From assembly GCF_036321535.1 (NCBI RefSeq), contig NC_087437.1, forward strand, positions 67,582,001 through 67,646,000: 64,000 bases of DNA, in the 5' to 3' direction. The notes beneath the pieces were generated by a model. It searched no databases, was not told the DNA's origin, and saw nothing but the letters and a program-made list of their open reading frames with translations. Shown here one piece after another: positions 50,526 through 63,389 of the stretch; the first letter of the stretch is position 1; every line of letters begins with the position of its first letter. This DNA is from Camelus dromedarius (taxonomy: Eukaryota). The position numbers and the translations under genes were made by a program.

Positions 50526-50724
50526 CATGATTGAGGTTTCGAAGATCTCTCCTTCTCCCCCTTTGCTCTGACATCTGGGTTTTATTCCAGAAGGAACCAC
50601 AAAGGGCAGTCTTGAAACTCCTTTTGGAATTACCACAGGGTTTAAAGGCCATTTACCACTCAGGCACCTCTCAGCTTTAATTCCCACCAGTTTCAGCCAT
50701 GGCAGACTTCTGTTGGGCCAAATG

Positions 50725-51212
50725 AATTAGCCAGGTATTTCCATAATATTTATGGGTAATAGAAAATTCTACAGTATCAGTAGTTTACTAAAACAAGCTT
50801 TATATTACTTAAAATTCTGTGGGTCAGCTGGAGCAGCTGTTTCAGGGTGAAGTCAGCTGGACTTTGTTTTAGACTTTAGGTTGACTTCAGGTCATTTCCA
50901 TTTGTCTCTTCATCCTGTTTGGGTGAATGACTGTCGAGGTATTTCTGTGGTGATTGGCTGGAATACAAGAGGGCAGATGGAAACACGTGAGGTCTCTTTA
51001 GGACACACCTTAGAAATGGCACACTTTCACTTTTACCTGCATCCCAGTGGGAAAAGCCAAACAGGTGGCTGCACTCAGTATCTGCGGGGAGGGAGATACA
51101 CTCTGCACACTCTAGATGGTGCGACCACAACGTCAGGTGGCAAAGGACATGTCTAAGTAATTCCAATACAGGAAGGACATGAATTGTTGGGAAAACAATA
51201 TAATCTACCACA
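50725..51212 (-). mobile_element. MLT1H/I-like MaLR LTR
   Basis: aattctgtgggtcagctgg, tggcacactttcacttttacc, gggagatacactctgc, ending aatataatctaccaca. Confidence 0.7.
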
Positions 51213-51744
51213 CCAGTAAGAAACACAGGAAGGGAATCTCCCTGAAATAATGGAATAGAGGCAAGGCTTCATTATTAAACAATGAAATTGTAAATTTTAG
51301 GGATGTAAGCTGTCCAGTCTTAGAAAGGTAAACACAGATTAAGAGAAGGATGTCTTTACAGAAGACAGGGCCAATTAGGTGATGTGAATGAACGAGTTAT
51401 TTTTTTAAAATTTCCCCCAAAAGGTTTATCTGGCAAACATAAATCTAAGAAAGATAAAAAAAGGAAAGAAGATGAGAGAATAATCATAGAAAGGAAAGAA
51501 GAAAGAATGAGAAAAATTCGGTCTAGAAAATTACAAACAGTATCAGTGATACACATCCTGGAACAACCTTTAGGAGAGTCAGGTGTTCCAAATTCTGGAA
51601 TCATACTTCCTAATCAGGGTAACAGCTCTCAGAGTTGCAGGGATCATTTGCTCACAAAATTCCTTTTCATCCTTTTTTCTCTTCTCAATGATTTAAAAGA
51701 TGCATTGTGTAAATGCAGTAAAATGACAAATATATAATCTTAGA

Positions 51745-52210
51745 GATTATAGCATATTCTGCTTGGATCTTTTTTCCCTCTCTTTTAAGAGAATGCAATA
51801 TTTATGTAGATGGCAATGTGCCCAACTAAAAATGTGTATTTTCCAACCTCTCTTGCAGCTAGAAATGGATCTATTACACAGTTATGGCTGGTTAGATATA
51901 AATTTTGGGGTGGACCTTTTAGGTAGTCTCTTAAACAAGGGGGTAACACTCAGCTGGAACCTGTCTCTTACCCTTCTTCCTGCCTAGATGCAATCCCCAG
52001 AGAAACAGCCATCTTGAAATCACAGGAGAAAAGCATGAAATCAAAAGCCATTCATTGAGCAGGAATCCTGGGCTACTGCTCCCCGTTGGCATTGGGGAGC
52101 CTCTATACTAGCCCTGTACCATCTCACTTTCATACCTATCGTTATGTGAAGAAAAATAAACCTCTGCCTGTGGGTTAGCTCCTGTAGTTGGATTTCGGCT
52201 ACCAAATGCT
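51745..52210 (+). mobile_element. MLT1J/K-like MaLR LTR
   Basis: ttttccaacctctcttgcagctaga, cagccatcttg, gttatgtgaagaaaaataaacctctg. Confidence 0.7.
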
Positions 52211-53935
52211 TCGCCTTGCTAAGAAAGTGTTAGAAGTCATTAGCAGTCACTGATCAAACCCCTTCCTCTTTACTTTACAACGGTTTTGAAAAGTAAAACG
52301 ATCAGGCAGCTGGAGGTCTCGATAATCCTTTCAGCATTGTGATCCTAGGACTGAGACCATAGAACTATGGGTGAATTAACCTAAAAAAAAAAATAAATAA
52401 AACCCTCCAATGAACAAGATTCACAGCATAGCTACTTTCTGTTCCAAAGCCCTGAATTCACAGCATGTTTCTGCCCTTGTGAATATGACCTTCAGCATGC
52501 TGGGCACCTCTAATTTCATAGGTCAGAGTCAATTGACCTCTAACTGTGCTGGCGTTCCCTGGGCTCTCTAAAAAGAACCAAACATGGACATGCTGAATTG
52601 TGGACAGCCTTGCCAAGAAACAAGTTTGGAATTTTGGAGACTCATTTATGTATACTCGTAACCAGCAGTGGTAATAGTTGAGGGTAACCAGAAATCTCCC
52701 TCCATTTCCCCGGAGGAGCAGCAGCTGGCAAACCAGCTGGCCTTGCCCTCATCAGACACTCTTCGAAACCACAGGTGGGCTTGTCTTGCCAGCAGCACAA
52801 CACAGGGCAAGCATTCTGAGATCAGACCTATGGTGTGAGGGCTAGAATTTAATTGTCTGGTTGAAATGTAAGAGACCCCATCCAGCCACTTTACTCTCTC
52901 CTTCTACGTACTGTTTAAGGAGCTTCTGCGTGGAGGTCTAAAAAGGAAGCCATCGCTTCTGCCTTAGAACATGTGGTGAGATTTTTCTGTGTGTGTTTCT
53001 GGCTACTCTGAGGAATCTAATGCCTTGGCTGTACTCCACCTCGGAGCACACGCACACGCCCTCTCACTTGACGGCTCATCATACAAATTTGCATCATGAG
53101 TCTTTGAGCCTGTTTCACTGTTTCGTTTCCTAAAAAGGAGGCTACTCTTTTCCTTTTGGAGCACGAATGGGCAGGGGAAACACATCTCTAACTTTCAAAC
53201 TGCCTCACCCAGACTCGTTTTCACAAATAGCGGTAGTTTTCTTACTGACATCAGTTAAAGGGCCTTTCAGTTGAAATTGTCCAAGTGACAAGATAAACGG
53301 GTACATTCATCTTAAAGTGTAAGGAATACACAAGGGAACGAGTCTCTAAAAATTAGAAAGAAGCCATGACAGTCTTTAGATTGAGCTAAATATGCAAATG
53401 TAGGGAGTTTACTCAATTTTAATTTGCTCACAGGAGAAGCTAAATACTATAATGATAAGATTTAAACACTTATATTGTTTTCTTCTTTTTTTAATTACCA
53501 GATTTTTTCCTTCTTCCTGTCTTGCCGTTACATATTCCGGTCATTTAGGCCTGTATTTTTTTCCTTTCTATACCATAGCTTTTAAAGGACCTTGAATCTG
53601 ATACCAGTGAGAACTCAGTGGATTTAAGTTCTGGCAGTGGTGCTTATATTAAGATATTGATGACAGAATCTGTAATTTAGCATAATAAAAGAGCATTTCA
53701 GAAGCATTTAAGAATGTTATATCAATGCAAATGGGGGAGGGGGAACCTTGCTTTTACAGGACAAATCAAACTGCACAATGATCATTAAGATCCATGTTGG
53801 AAATGCACAAGGTAATATAATTTCTTTTTTGGAAGACTCATGTCATTATAAGACTAAGTCATTATTGTAGGACTCTGCAAGGATCATAAGGAATCTGCTC
53901 TTTGAGGCCTCCCTTTCTCTGAAAACTTCCTGAGG

Positions 53936-54096
53936 AGGGTTTCCAGATTTAGTAAATTAAAAAAATACAGGATACCCAGTTAAATTTGAATTTCAGATAA
54001 ATAATGAATTATACAGAACATAATTATACTAATAGTTATTTGTTGTTATCTGAAATTCAACTTAGATGAGTATTCTCTATTTGATCCAGCAACTTT
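53936..54096. mobile_element. MER53 palindromic hAT MITE
   Basis: agggtttccagatttagtaaat...aatacaggatacccagttaaatttgaatttcagataa; perfect 15-bp inverted repeat at 53986-54000 / 54046-54060. Confidence 0.85.
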
Positions 54097-54809
54097 ATGT
54101 CCCAGGACACCCGCTGGCTCTTCCTATTGGCTGTGAAAGTGCGTCTGAAGCTTTGGGTCCCCCTTTTTCCATTAACATGGTCTGTTGTCAGACTAGGATA
54201 GAGGAAACCCTGTTGCCAGCACTGTCACAGGCCTTTTTAGGCCACCAGAAAGGGGGCTAGGGTGCTAGTTCAGTACCTCCAGAATTACAGTTTTTTAAAC
54301 CGAACCTTACTCTCTTAGATTTTTACCTCCTTTACTCTAGGGTATATTGGGAACATGTTCCTAGTACCTGACTCACCGCTGTTCTACAAAATCATGCAAA
54401 AGTTATCTTCTAACAAAATCAACTTCTGTTCTAAGATCATATTCAGATTGCTTGACTCCATTTATTTCAGAATGAGTCCCCCACCCCTCCATGTGGAGCA
54501 CCTCTGTAGAAGTTAGGGGTTCACCCCTCTTCACATGAGAGCCCTTGCCCCTCATCAAACTCAGATCAGTGTGCTTGTTTTTTCCCCAAGAAGGAGTCTA
54601 GGTTATTTGTTCTATGAAAAAATGTTAGAAATATCAGAGTACATGTGCTAGAAAAAGGATTCTCACTGAATGCCACACTAAATATGATGAAATTTGCACC
54701 CAGATAAACAGTTGGATAAAACCTCTAAGGTAATCATAGAATAAGTAGATCCTTAGCGCTTATCAACTCCTAAGCCTCCCTGACCACAGGTAAATTCAAA
54801 AATACAGTA

Positions 54810-54942
54810 AACAACTGTATTACCTGAACCATGTTGATTAATGGATTATGGTCAGTCTGGAGGTGGATTTCTTGTGGTTTGGCTCAGATCACTGTCTTAC
54901 GTTTGTCTTGGTCAACATTATTCTTACTGACTTGGATTTAGG
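54810..54942 (+). mobile_element. L3/CR1 reverse transcriptase fragment
   Basis: LINGLWSVWRWISCGLAQITVL then tcaacattattcttactgacttggat; cf. L3 LINGSMSTWREVSSGVPQGSVLGPVLFNIFINDLD. Confidence 0.65.
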
Positions 54943-55769
54943 TGGTGTTTGCCTAGAATTTAACTGGGGGGATGCCCAAATATTGATTGTTTAAAAGGGA
55001 TGAAAATAGTGGAAGTATGAGTCATGTGTGTAAATATGATTTAAGCTATTTTCTGTTGGTTATATTAGAAAGGAGTTGCTAATAAATTGGATGATAGATA
55101 GATGGACATAAAATTAATTGTAGGGAAGAGGGGCTATGAGGGTACTACAGTCTATCAACATTATTTATTCAATAAAATTTACCTCTTTGAGCTGAGTTCA
55201 CCATTAGCACATCCAGGTGGTATAGAAAGATTCTAGGGAGCTATGTAACAGAGCAGCTCAAATAACTTACTGGCTGTCCCTGTGCGGTAAATAATATTAT
55301 ATGCTTTCTTGTAATCATAGTCACTTGGTATATATGTGCAACCTAATAATCACTGTTATTGAATGTTTGCACCACGCTGCTACATTTTAACTAGATAAGC
55401 AAATTTCTGATATTAGCAGGCATCTGGGACATGGGAGCAAATTTGTTATAGAGAAATGGTCATTATGATGGTATCTATTAGACTAAGCTTGAATGCCTTT
55501 CTACATTTAGCATTGAACCAAGGAATGCTGCCGAGGTTAGGTTATTACCGGAGCAGAAGACAGAACAAGAAGAGCCTGAGGGGTAAAGAATAAATAGGGG
55601 TTATTTCTTGATAGCGATGATAGAAAAATGTGTGTGTGTGTGCGCGCAAGTGCGTGCGTGTGCTCTTACTTAAAAGTAAGCATTAGCTGAATTTAAAAAC
55701 AGATCAAATGCCTCCCAGCCCACAAATAATAAACATAGCTACAGATAAAGCCAATACAATACAAAAAAG

Positions 55770-58020
55770 CTTCCACTAAAAAGTCAGCAAACGTAGAACA
55801 AGATGAATGAATGAAAACCAAAGTTATCAGTTGTAACAATAAATGAAAAGAAGTTAATGCCACATTTTTAAAAAGCTGCTCAATTATAATAAAAACTAAA
55901 TAAAACTATATGCTGCTTAAGAAATGCACTTAGAACATGACAACTTTTAAAAGATAAAAGTATAAATATCAGACACACTTGAAAAAAAGAAAGGGAAGAT
56001 CTTAAAATTTGAACAAAGAAACTAGAGAATTATTCATTTCTTTGCTAACAGCCTTGTGTTAGTTTTTCAACAGCAAAACTATATCAAGGAGTTCTTACTA
56101 GATAGCAAACCAAAACAAAGACAGTGAAGTACACAGAATGTCATTTTATTCTGATAAATGATACAATCCACAGTAAAGACATGAGTCATAAAGATTTATG
56201 TCCTAAATATCATTATATCAAAATGTATAAATCAGAAATTATTAGATCAACAAAGAGAAGTTGGCCTTAGCGTATCTGTGTAAGTCCTTTATAGATCAAA
56301 AAGGACAAATAAAGGATGACGATCTTCATAATGGAATGAGGGTAATCTGATAGATAAAATATAAATAGGTATCTAATTTGATCATCTTTAGACAGAAAAT
56401 ATAAAGTTTGTAGCCTCCAGTCCACTTCTTAAATAATTTCTGTGTTAAGCCCCGGTAAATAAAAAATTTTCAAAATGCATAAAGTAGGGGGGCCATATTT
56501 TCTGCTTAAAAGAAGCAAACAAACAAAAAGAAAAAATAAACTGTGGATATAATCTTGTCACTTGGAATTATAGCACACACACCAACAAAATATGCCTATG
56601 AATAACTTGTGAGTTTAAGAGAAAAGTTAAATTGTAATTAATAATTGCTAGCATTTGTTAAGCATTCATTATATGCCAGGCCTTGTGAAAAACTACTTTA
56701 GATATGTGATGTGTTATAAACTCACAACAATTTATTTAAAATAGCAGCTCATTGGCCCCATAGATACTCTTGCTATGATTGAGGTTTATTCTGAGCGCCT
56801 AACCACATCCCTCACATTGTGACGCATTTATGTATTCATTTGTTTACCATCTCCTCCCCAGGAGAAGGTGCGCTCCATGATGGCAGGGGTGTCGCCTAGT
56901 TTGTCACTGTCCCCCAGACGTCTAGATCAGTGCCTCAATGTGGCCGATCCTTCATAAATATCTGCAGATTCTGTGAGGTAGATACTCCTCTGTTACTTTT
57001 CAGATGAGAAGAGGAAGGTATAGAAGGGGTGAAGAACTGCCTGCTTACCACACAGCTGCTGAGAGACCAGAATTTGAATTCTTAGACTTGGCCTTGAATG
57101 CTGACTCTACATATATTTTTGGAATTACAATTAAAAAAAAACCCACCCAGCAAGTTAACTTAAAAGCTTTAGCCAAAATTGACTCATATAAAAACCATAG
57201 CTTAAGTGTTTTTATTCGAAGTAAAAATGAAATGTAATTAAAGGCATGTTAATCTCATAAAGTCAGAAAACTAAAGCTATGGGAAAGCAGGAGGATTAGC
57301 TTTAAAGCAAAAAATAAATGGATGTCAAAAGTTTTTGTGAATAAAAATAAAGGCATATGTCAAACAGGAAGCATGCAAGACAAAGAGATGATGCTATTAA
57401 TTTCTAAAAAGTGCTTATAATCCTGAAGAATAATATACTGCCCTGAGGAAAAGTTAAATTGATTTCACTCTACCAAATACAGCACTACCCATCTTTGTAG
57501 AAGAAAATGACATTAAAATAGTAAATTAATTTACAAAACTTGGCCAAAATTAACTCACGGGTAAACCCATGGCCTAAATATTTTCAATACAAAGGAAAAG
57601 GAAAAGGAAAATCAATAATTTTTTTTAACTGAGTAAAGGACATGATTTCAGGCACTTAACAAAAGAAATATAAATAGATAATAAACATACATGCTCCTCC
57701 CCAGTATTTCATTAAATAATTGCTAATCATTATCAAACGTCTGGATAATCCAAGTGTGCTGAAGATGTGAGGAAACAGAGACTTTCACATATTTGCTTGT
57801 TAGAGCATATTTGGAATATCCTTTCTTTAGTGCAGGTTTTTTGTGAGTCTTAAAAAATTCATACCCTTTGCAGTAATTCCATTGCTAAGATTTTAATAAA
57901 TAAACGTAAGTGTAGTTCAAGATTTAAATATGGGGGTATTCATTTCAGCATTATTTCAAATAAGGGAAAATTAAAAACTATCCAGGAATAGAAAATCAGT
58001 TAAATTATAGAAAATGAACT
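55770..58020 (+). mobile_element. Fragmented very old L1 (ORF2) with inserted MIR/L2 pieces
   Basis: atcagttgtaacaataaatg, actatatgctgcttaagaaatgcac, gtcattttattctgataaatgatacaatccacagtaaagac (EN region); later gatgtgaggaaacagagactttcacat and cagtaattccattgctaagat. Confidence 0.55.
56640..57100. mobile_element. Minus-strand MIR interrupted by a plus-strand L2 tail (~56780-56965)
   Basis: gctagcatttgttaagcattcattatatgccagg; gctccatgatggcaggggtgtc...tcagtgcctc...cataaatatctg; ctgtgaggtagatact...ttttcagatgagaa. Confidence 0.6.
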
Positions 58021-58229
58021 TCTCAGTAGACATTTAATTTCTTGTCATCCATTCAATCATTTGAAAATCTGCCTTGAGTGCCTACAATTGGCAGCCATCA
58101 TGCTGGCTTCTGGGAATCCTTCAGAAAATGCAGCACGTCTCCCTCTCTGGGATCACAGTCTAGTGTGGGAACTTAGTTTTCTGCACTTAGATTTCTGCTT
58201 AGATACTTGGCATACTCAGAGATTCACTA

Positions 58230-58720
58230 TTTCCTTTCTCTACAAGGTAGCCAGAATGGTATCATTACTATTCAGAATGTGTCTGTGTCCAACTCCTTCA
58301 GTGAGATGTCTGGGTCTTTAGTGACCTGGCTCCTACTTTCCTCTCCAGCCTTGACTTTGGTACATCCCCCTGTGCACGTGCTCAGCTCCAGATACAATGA
58401 ACTCTTTCCTTTTCCTAAAAGGGGCTGAATCCTCTGTCCTTTGGACCTTCACATCTGAGTTTGCTCGGCACATTTCTTAGCTTGGCCTCCTCAGGCTTGA
58501 TCCTACTCATCTCTGGTTGTCTGTGAAATCCTTTGCCATGCAGTCTTCTCTGGACCCCGTGCCTATGGGAGGCCATCCTCTTACATGCATCTGCAGCAGC
58601 TCCTTCTGCCACCAGACAGCACTCAGAATGCTGAAATGTAATGCACTATTTACAGGTCTGTATTCTCTCCTAGACTGGATGCCTTGAGGGCAAGGACCAC
58701 GTCTGGATCCTTCAGAGTTG
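58230..58720 (+). mobile_element. L2 LINE 3' region
   Basis: cagaatggtatc..., cctggctcctactttcctctccagcc, ctagactggatgccttgagggcaaggaccacgtctg. Confidence 0.7.
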
Positions 58721-58959
58721 AGCATTCTGTTGTATAACCACTCTCTACAGATCTTAGCGGCCAGTCTAGCACTTAGATTCTGATAGTGTGAAATGAGTTT
58801 TAAAAATTGTTTTGAAGAATATTGGCCAACAATCGAAAACATTTTATAAGAGCATGTGAAACAGTTTACTTAGAAGTATCTCCAATTTTGTTACAGTAAA
58901 CACATGAATGTAAATGTAAATATAAATATAATTAAACATATAAATAAATACCCTTAATT

Positions 58960-59575
58960 TATTAACTCAATAATTTTTGCCACTTTGACATCTGTAACAA
59001 CCTCCCAACAAGGCTTTCTGTCTCCATTTTTTATTCCCTCCTGGCCGCTTCCCACTTCTATCCAAGAACCTTTCTTAAACTCAAAGCAACTCACACAAGT
59101 CCCCCAGATGGACTTCTTCACAGGATCCCCATTTCCTCTGTGTTTCCTGATGACCTGTTGCTGACTCTTCAGTGTGATCTCTCCTCGTGGCACCACACCT
59201 GCAGGTTTGACAATGTGATTCCTAAGTTCTTTTTCATAAGTTGTCCCCTCTGATTGAATGCTATTTGATGTGTAGCTAAAATCTACTCTTTCAAGACTCA
59301 GCTTAGATTCCACATGTATAGCAAGCTTTTCTCGCTCCTCTTCTGCTCTCCATTACCCTCTACAAATGCCTCCATCACAACACGTGGGCGGTTTTCTGGT
59401 TGCCTGTTATTCAGTTGCCTTGCCTGACTTGTTGGGCATGGAGCTCCCTGGAAGCTCCAGTCTCTGCCTCTTAATACTTACCTCCCATTGTTAGAGCAAT
59501 GGCTGATATCTATTAGCCATTCTAGTATTTTTGAAAGGATGAATGGATGAATGAGTGGATACTAAATATATTACA
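58960..59575 (+). mobile_element. L2 LINE 3' region
   Basis: ctgtaacaacctcccaac...aacctttcttaaactcaaag; tttcaagactcagctta; ends ttgaaaggatgaatggatgaatgagtgga. Confidence 0.65.
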
Positions 59576-59699
59576 GGCTTCTTATTTATATCAAAAGAAA
59601 CATATCTAAGTGAAATATTACAAATCATTTCCAGACAGCATTGCATATAAGTTTTAGTTTTGTGTAAAATGAAAAAAATGTTTCCATTTCAATTAAATA

Positions 59700-60200
59700 C
59701 AACATACATACTAAGCGCTAATTCTACTCATCATATTTTTTTGGTTTAATTTTCCCAGCAAACTTGAGAGGTAGTGTTAATACCACATCTATATCTGTAG
59801 CTAAATCTAAATCTAAGAAAACTGAAGCCAAGAGAGTTAAATAACTTGGATACCATGTAGTTAGTAGAACAAGGACCAAGAAATAAAACTCTGGCTTGTC
59901 TGATTCCCACAGTACAATTTACTAATTATTTCTATTTTACAAATAGTAAAAAAAAAAATCTAACCTTGTGAATATTTATTATGTGCCTGGCTGTGTTATA
60001 ACACATATTATTTTATTAAAAAATTACAATTACTCTATGATTCTTATGATTATGATTCTAGTTTTATAGATTAAAATAAAGAAGGAACAAAGAAGTTACA
60101 TTACTTTCCCCATCATACTCAGCTATAAAGAGGAAGAACTAGCTTTGAATCCAAATAGTCTGACTCCAGAATCCAAGGTTTTAACTGCTTAGTTATACTA
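59700..60200 (-). mobile_element. Two MIR SINE fragments
   Basis: aagaaaactgaagccaagagagttaaataacttg; aatatttattatgtgcctggc...tttgaatccaaatagtctgactccagaatcc. Confidence 0.7.
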
Positions 60201-61689
60201 TCTCTCAGATGAGGAAGCCTATTTAATTTCCAGATTTTCCAAAAAAAAAAAAAAGACAGCATAGATTTAGTCGGGTTCTTGATTTACATATAGATAAACA
60301 TTTCTGAGACCTAAACGTGAGGAAAAGACTTTTTTGATTAATTATAAGTAATCAAGATTAATGAAGTGCTACAACTCCAAATGAAGTTTTAGTGATCATT
60401 AGAAGAGGAACCAATATAATCCTATACAAAAAGCATTAATAGAATTAGAAAAATAATTAGAATGCCAAAAAGACCCATTGTAAATGTTAAAATTGGCATC
60501 AGTGAAATGGAAAAGTTTTTTTTAATCTTAAATATCATTACTTGCTGCAGTGCTCACCTGATATAATAGTGGTCTGTCAAGATTAAAAAATTAAAAAAGA
60601 AAAACTCTTTGTCTGAAACAATTCAACTTTTATCTAATTTGGTATAAGAATACAGTTTTCAAGTTTTTAATATTTAAGTTTTGCAGTCTGTTCAGTTCCA
60701 CGGGAGGTGACGGAAGCTTTTTTTTTTTAATATGATTGTCACTTTTTAAACTTCTATATCAAAAGAATTTGAGTGAGAATTACTTGCAAGGAAAAAAAAA
60801 TGAGTATCAGAAGACTCACAGAATTGTCTGAACCTGTTGTCTGTCTTCATTGAATTGCCAGTGTTGTGTTTATCACCATATAGAATGGGTAGGTAAAGTA
60901 TAAGGAGCAACCCTTTTACATTTTGGGATATTTTCAACATTTTGGGGGGTTGCTGAAATGGCTGAAGACCCACTCATATCTCTGGCCTTTTTCAAGACAG
61001 AGTGGCAGAGCTCCCTACTTCTGAATAGCCCCTTAACTCTCACAATTAATGAAGGAAAACTCTTTGGCTGATCAGGCCACAATGTTGTATTAAACACGTC
61101 CATAGACACAGGTCAAACTAATCATTTGCAAACTTGGACGCAAAATTTTACAGACGGAACTTAAGTCATATGATGTCGTAAATTGTTAACTCAGTAGGAG
61201 TTAGTGGGCAGCCCTCACAGTGGCCATTATTGTGCCTACTAGTTAATGTAAGATTGAAGACTTACATTTAAAGAATTTGCTTTTGAATCCATAAAATTAC
61301 TGGATAACCTTTTCCAAAGCTCCCACCCACTACTACATTCAAGAGGACGTCTGAAACCTTCCTTCTCCCCATCTAGTCTTCAGACAGTTTTCAGTGGTTC
61401 ATGTCTCCTCAGCTACACATGCTGCCACACGTCATCCAGCAGGTCTGCCACACAAGGACCCAGAGCCCAGCCAAACCACACCTTAGTGTTGTCAGAACAC
61501 CATCTTGAATAGGATTAGAGCCTGATAGATTGATGCTCAAAGTCCTGTTTACTCGGTGCCTGAATGATGTTCTAGGCCCCATGTTCACCAAGTTAAAACC
61601 ACTGCTACCCTTCCCTCAACCCACCCTGACACTGTGTGTGCCTCCTGGGTGTGACTGGACTTCTGCTCGACAGCCAGTGTCTGCAAGCT

Positions 61690-62125
61690 CAGCGTTTGGA
61701 ACCAGGTAGAGATGGAATCATTGCTTGACTCAAACCAGTTAATGGTTGTTATCACTTTAAGCAAGTGACTTAAACATTCTGTGTTTTAATTTCTTTTATT
61801 ATTAATATGTACTTACTTATTTTTAGCAAGTAGGAGTTAGCATTTATTCACTGCTTAAATGTGTCAGGCATTCTTGGAAATTTTTCATTATATGGATTCA
61901 TGTCAAACTTATGAGAACAATCTGAGGTAGATAATTCTTTTATCCTTATTTTACTAAAATTCACTCTAAGGTCAATCTTTTAAAACTTTACTCCCTCTCG
62001 TAAATGAGGATTATAATACTGTTTTTATAGGGTGACTGAATGGAAGAGTTTATTTGTATTTTTATACTAAATGGCTAAAACAGTGCCTGGGACATAGTCT
62101 TCACTAAGAATCATAATATTATTAA
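61690..62125. mobile_element. MIR fragments in both orientations
   Basis: tttaagcaagtgacttaaacattctgtgtttt; tctgaggtagataattcttttatccttatttta; gtaaatgaggattataatac...aacagtgcctgggacatagt. Confidence 0.6.
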
Positions 62126-63389
62126 TGTGCCTCAGTTTCTGAATTCACATTGCAGTTTCTTTTCTTTTATTGAGTATAAACTCTCTCCCTGGGGCCTTGA
62201 TAACCTCCTTAGTTCTTCCCAGCCCCATTTCTCCAGGATCCGGGCCCTCCGTTTTTCTCCCTGCTTTAAAGTGGTTAATGCCCTGGCACTCAGGTTTGTC
62301 TAAAAGTTTGATGCCAAATATTACCTCTTTCTGCATATTCTTAACACAGTGCCATCTTTTACCCCAAAGATCAGAGTCTATTATTGGTAACCAACTCTAG
62401 ACCATCTAGAAGCTTGGACACTGGGCAGCTAGTTAATCTCTTCGAGGTCCAACCTGAAAAGTTTAGTTTTCTGGCCCCAGTCTTTCTAAATTTCTTATCA
62501 TCTCTTCTCCCTGGAGATCTAAATTCAAAATCCCTCAGTTCATCACAGCCGAGGCAGCACAGTTAAATATTATAGGTGCAAAAATAGCCATAGGTATACA
62601 TGAGAATATGGAAGCTATCAGCCCCAAGGAATGGTCCTGACTTCGTCCATTTCAACCACAGCAACACAAAGAACTTTGTTTCTGGCAGACAAAATAGAAA
62701 ATGGCTAGGACTGTCATATCTAGATGCTTTTACTCATAGTAATTTTCTGTTAGACATGTCTGTCATAGAAACCTGATGCAAGAGCTTTTCACAATTGGCC
62801 TATTGTAGGAACAGAGATTTAATCACATTAATATCTTAAGAGGACATCTTAAGGAGGTGAGTCACTTAATCTTTCTGAACCTCAGTTTCCTCCTTTATGA
62901 AGTGAGGATAAAATGATGAGCTAATATAATGAAAATAATTATGCAGTCATCAAGAGCAGAATTACAGGCTTAAAAGCTGTGGGAAACAGAAAGCAGAGAG
63001 GTAGCACGCTCCCTTGTCACAGTGTTGTCCTTGCCTCGTTTGAAACTAAAGAGACAGATGCAGAAAATGGTCCTACTCCCCGTGAAGGGCCAAGAAAAAT
63101 CAAATTGAAAGGTAGAAAATAGATGGCAGCGTGGCCTCCCTCACTTCCCTCTGAGTTTCTCAGAACTCACTGAGAAACTTTCCTTTGACTCATTTTGTGC
63201 TAACTTTAATATGAGCCTTTGTTACTTGGGGCTTTCACACCAGGACTACTAGAGAGCCTTTTACTTTTCAAGTCTTTTCTTTTAAAAAAAAAAATCTCCA
63301 TAATGCTGCTTCATCCTTCCAGCTAAGTTTTGCCTGTTCCTATATTTGATCCTACTTCTCTTTGTTGTTGAGGTCATTGCTCATTGGTG

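Noticed and set aside
51384..51737. Lys/Arg/Glu-rich 117-aa ORF
   Set aside because: Composition is explained by a purine-rich low-complexity tract; GTG start; no family resemblance
54241..54260. CTCF-like gccaccagaagggggctag
   Set aside because: Core spacing is disrupted relative to the CTCF consensus
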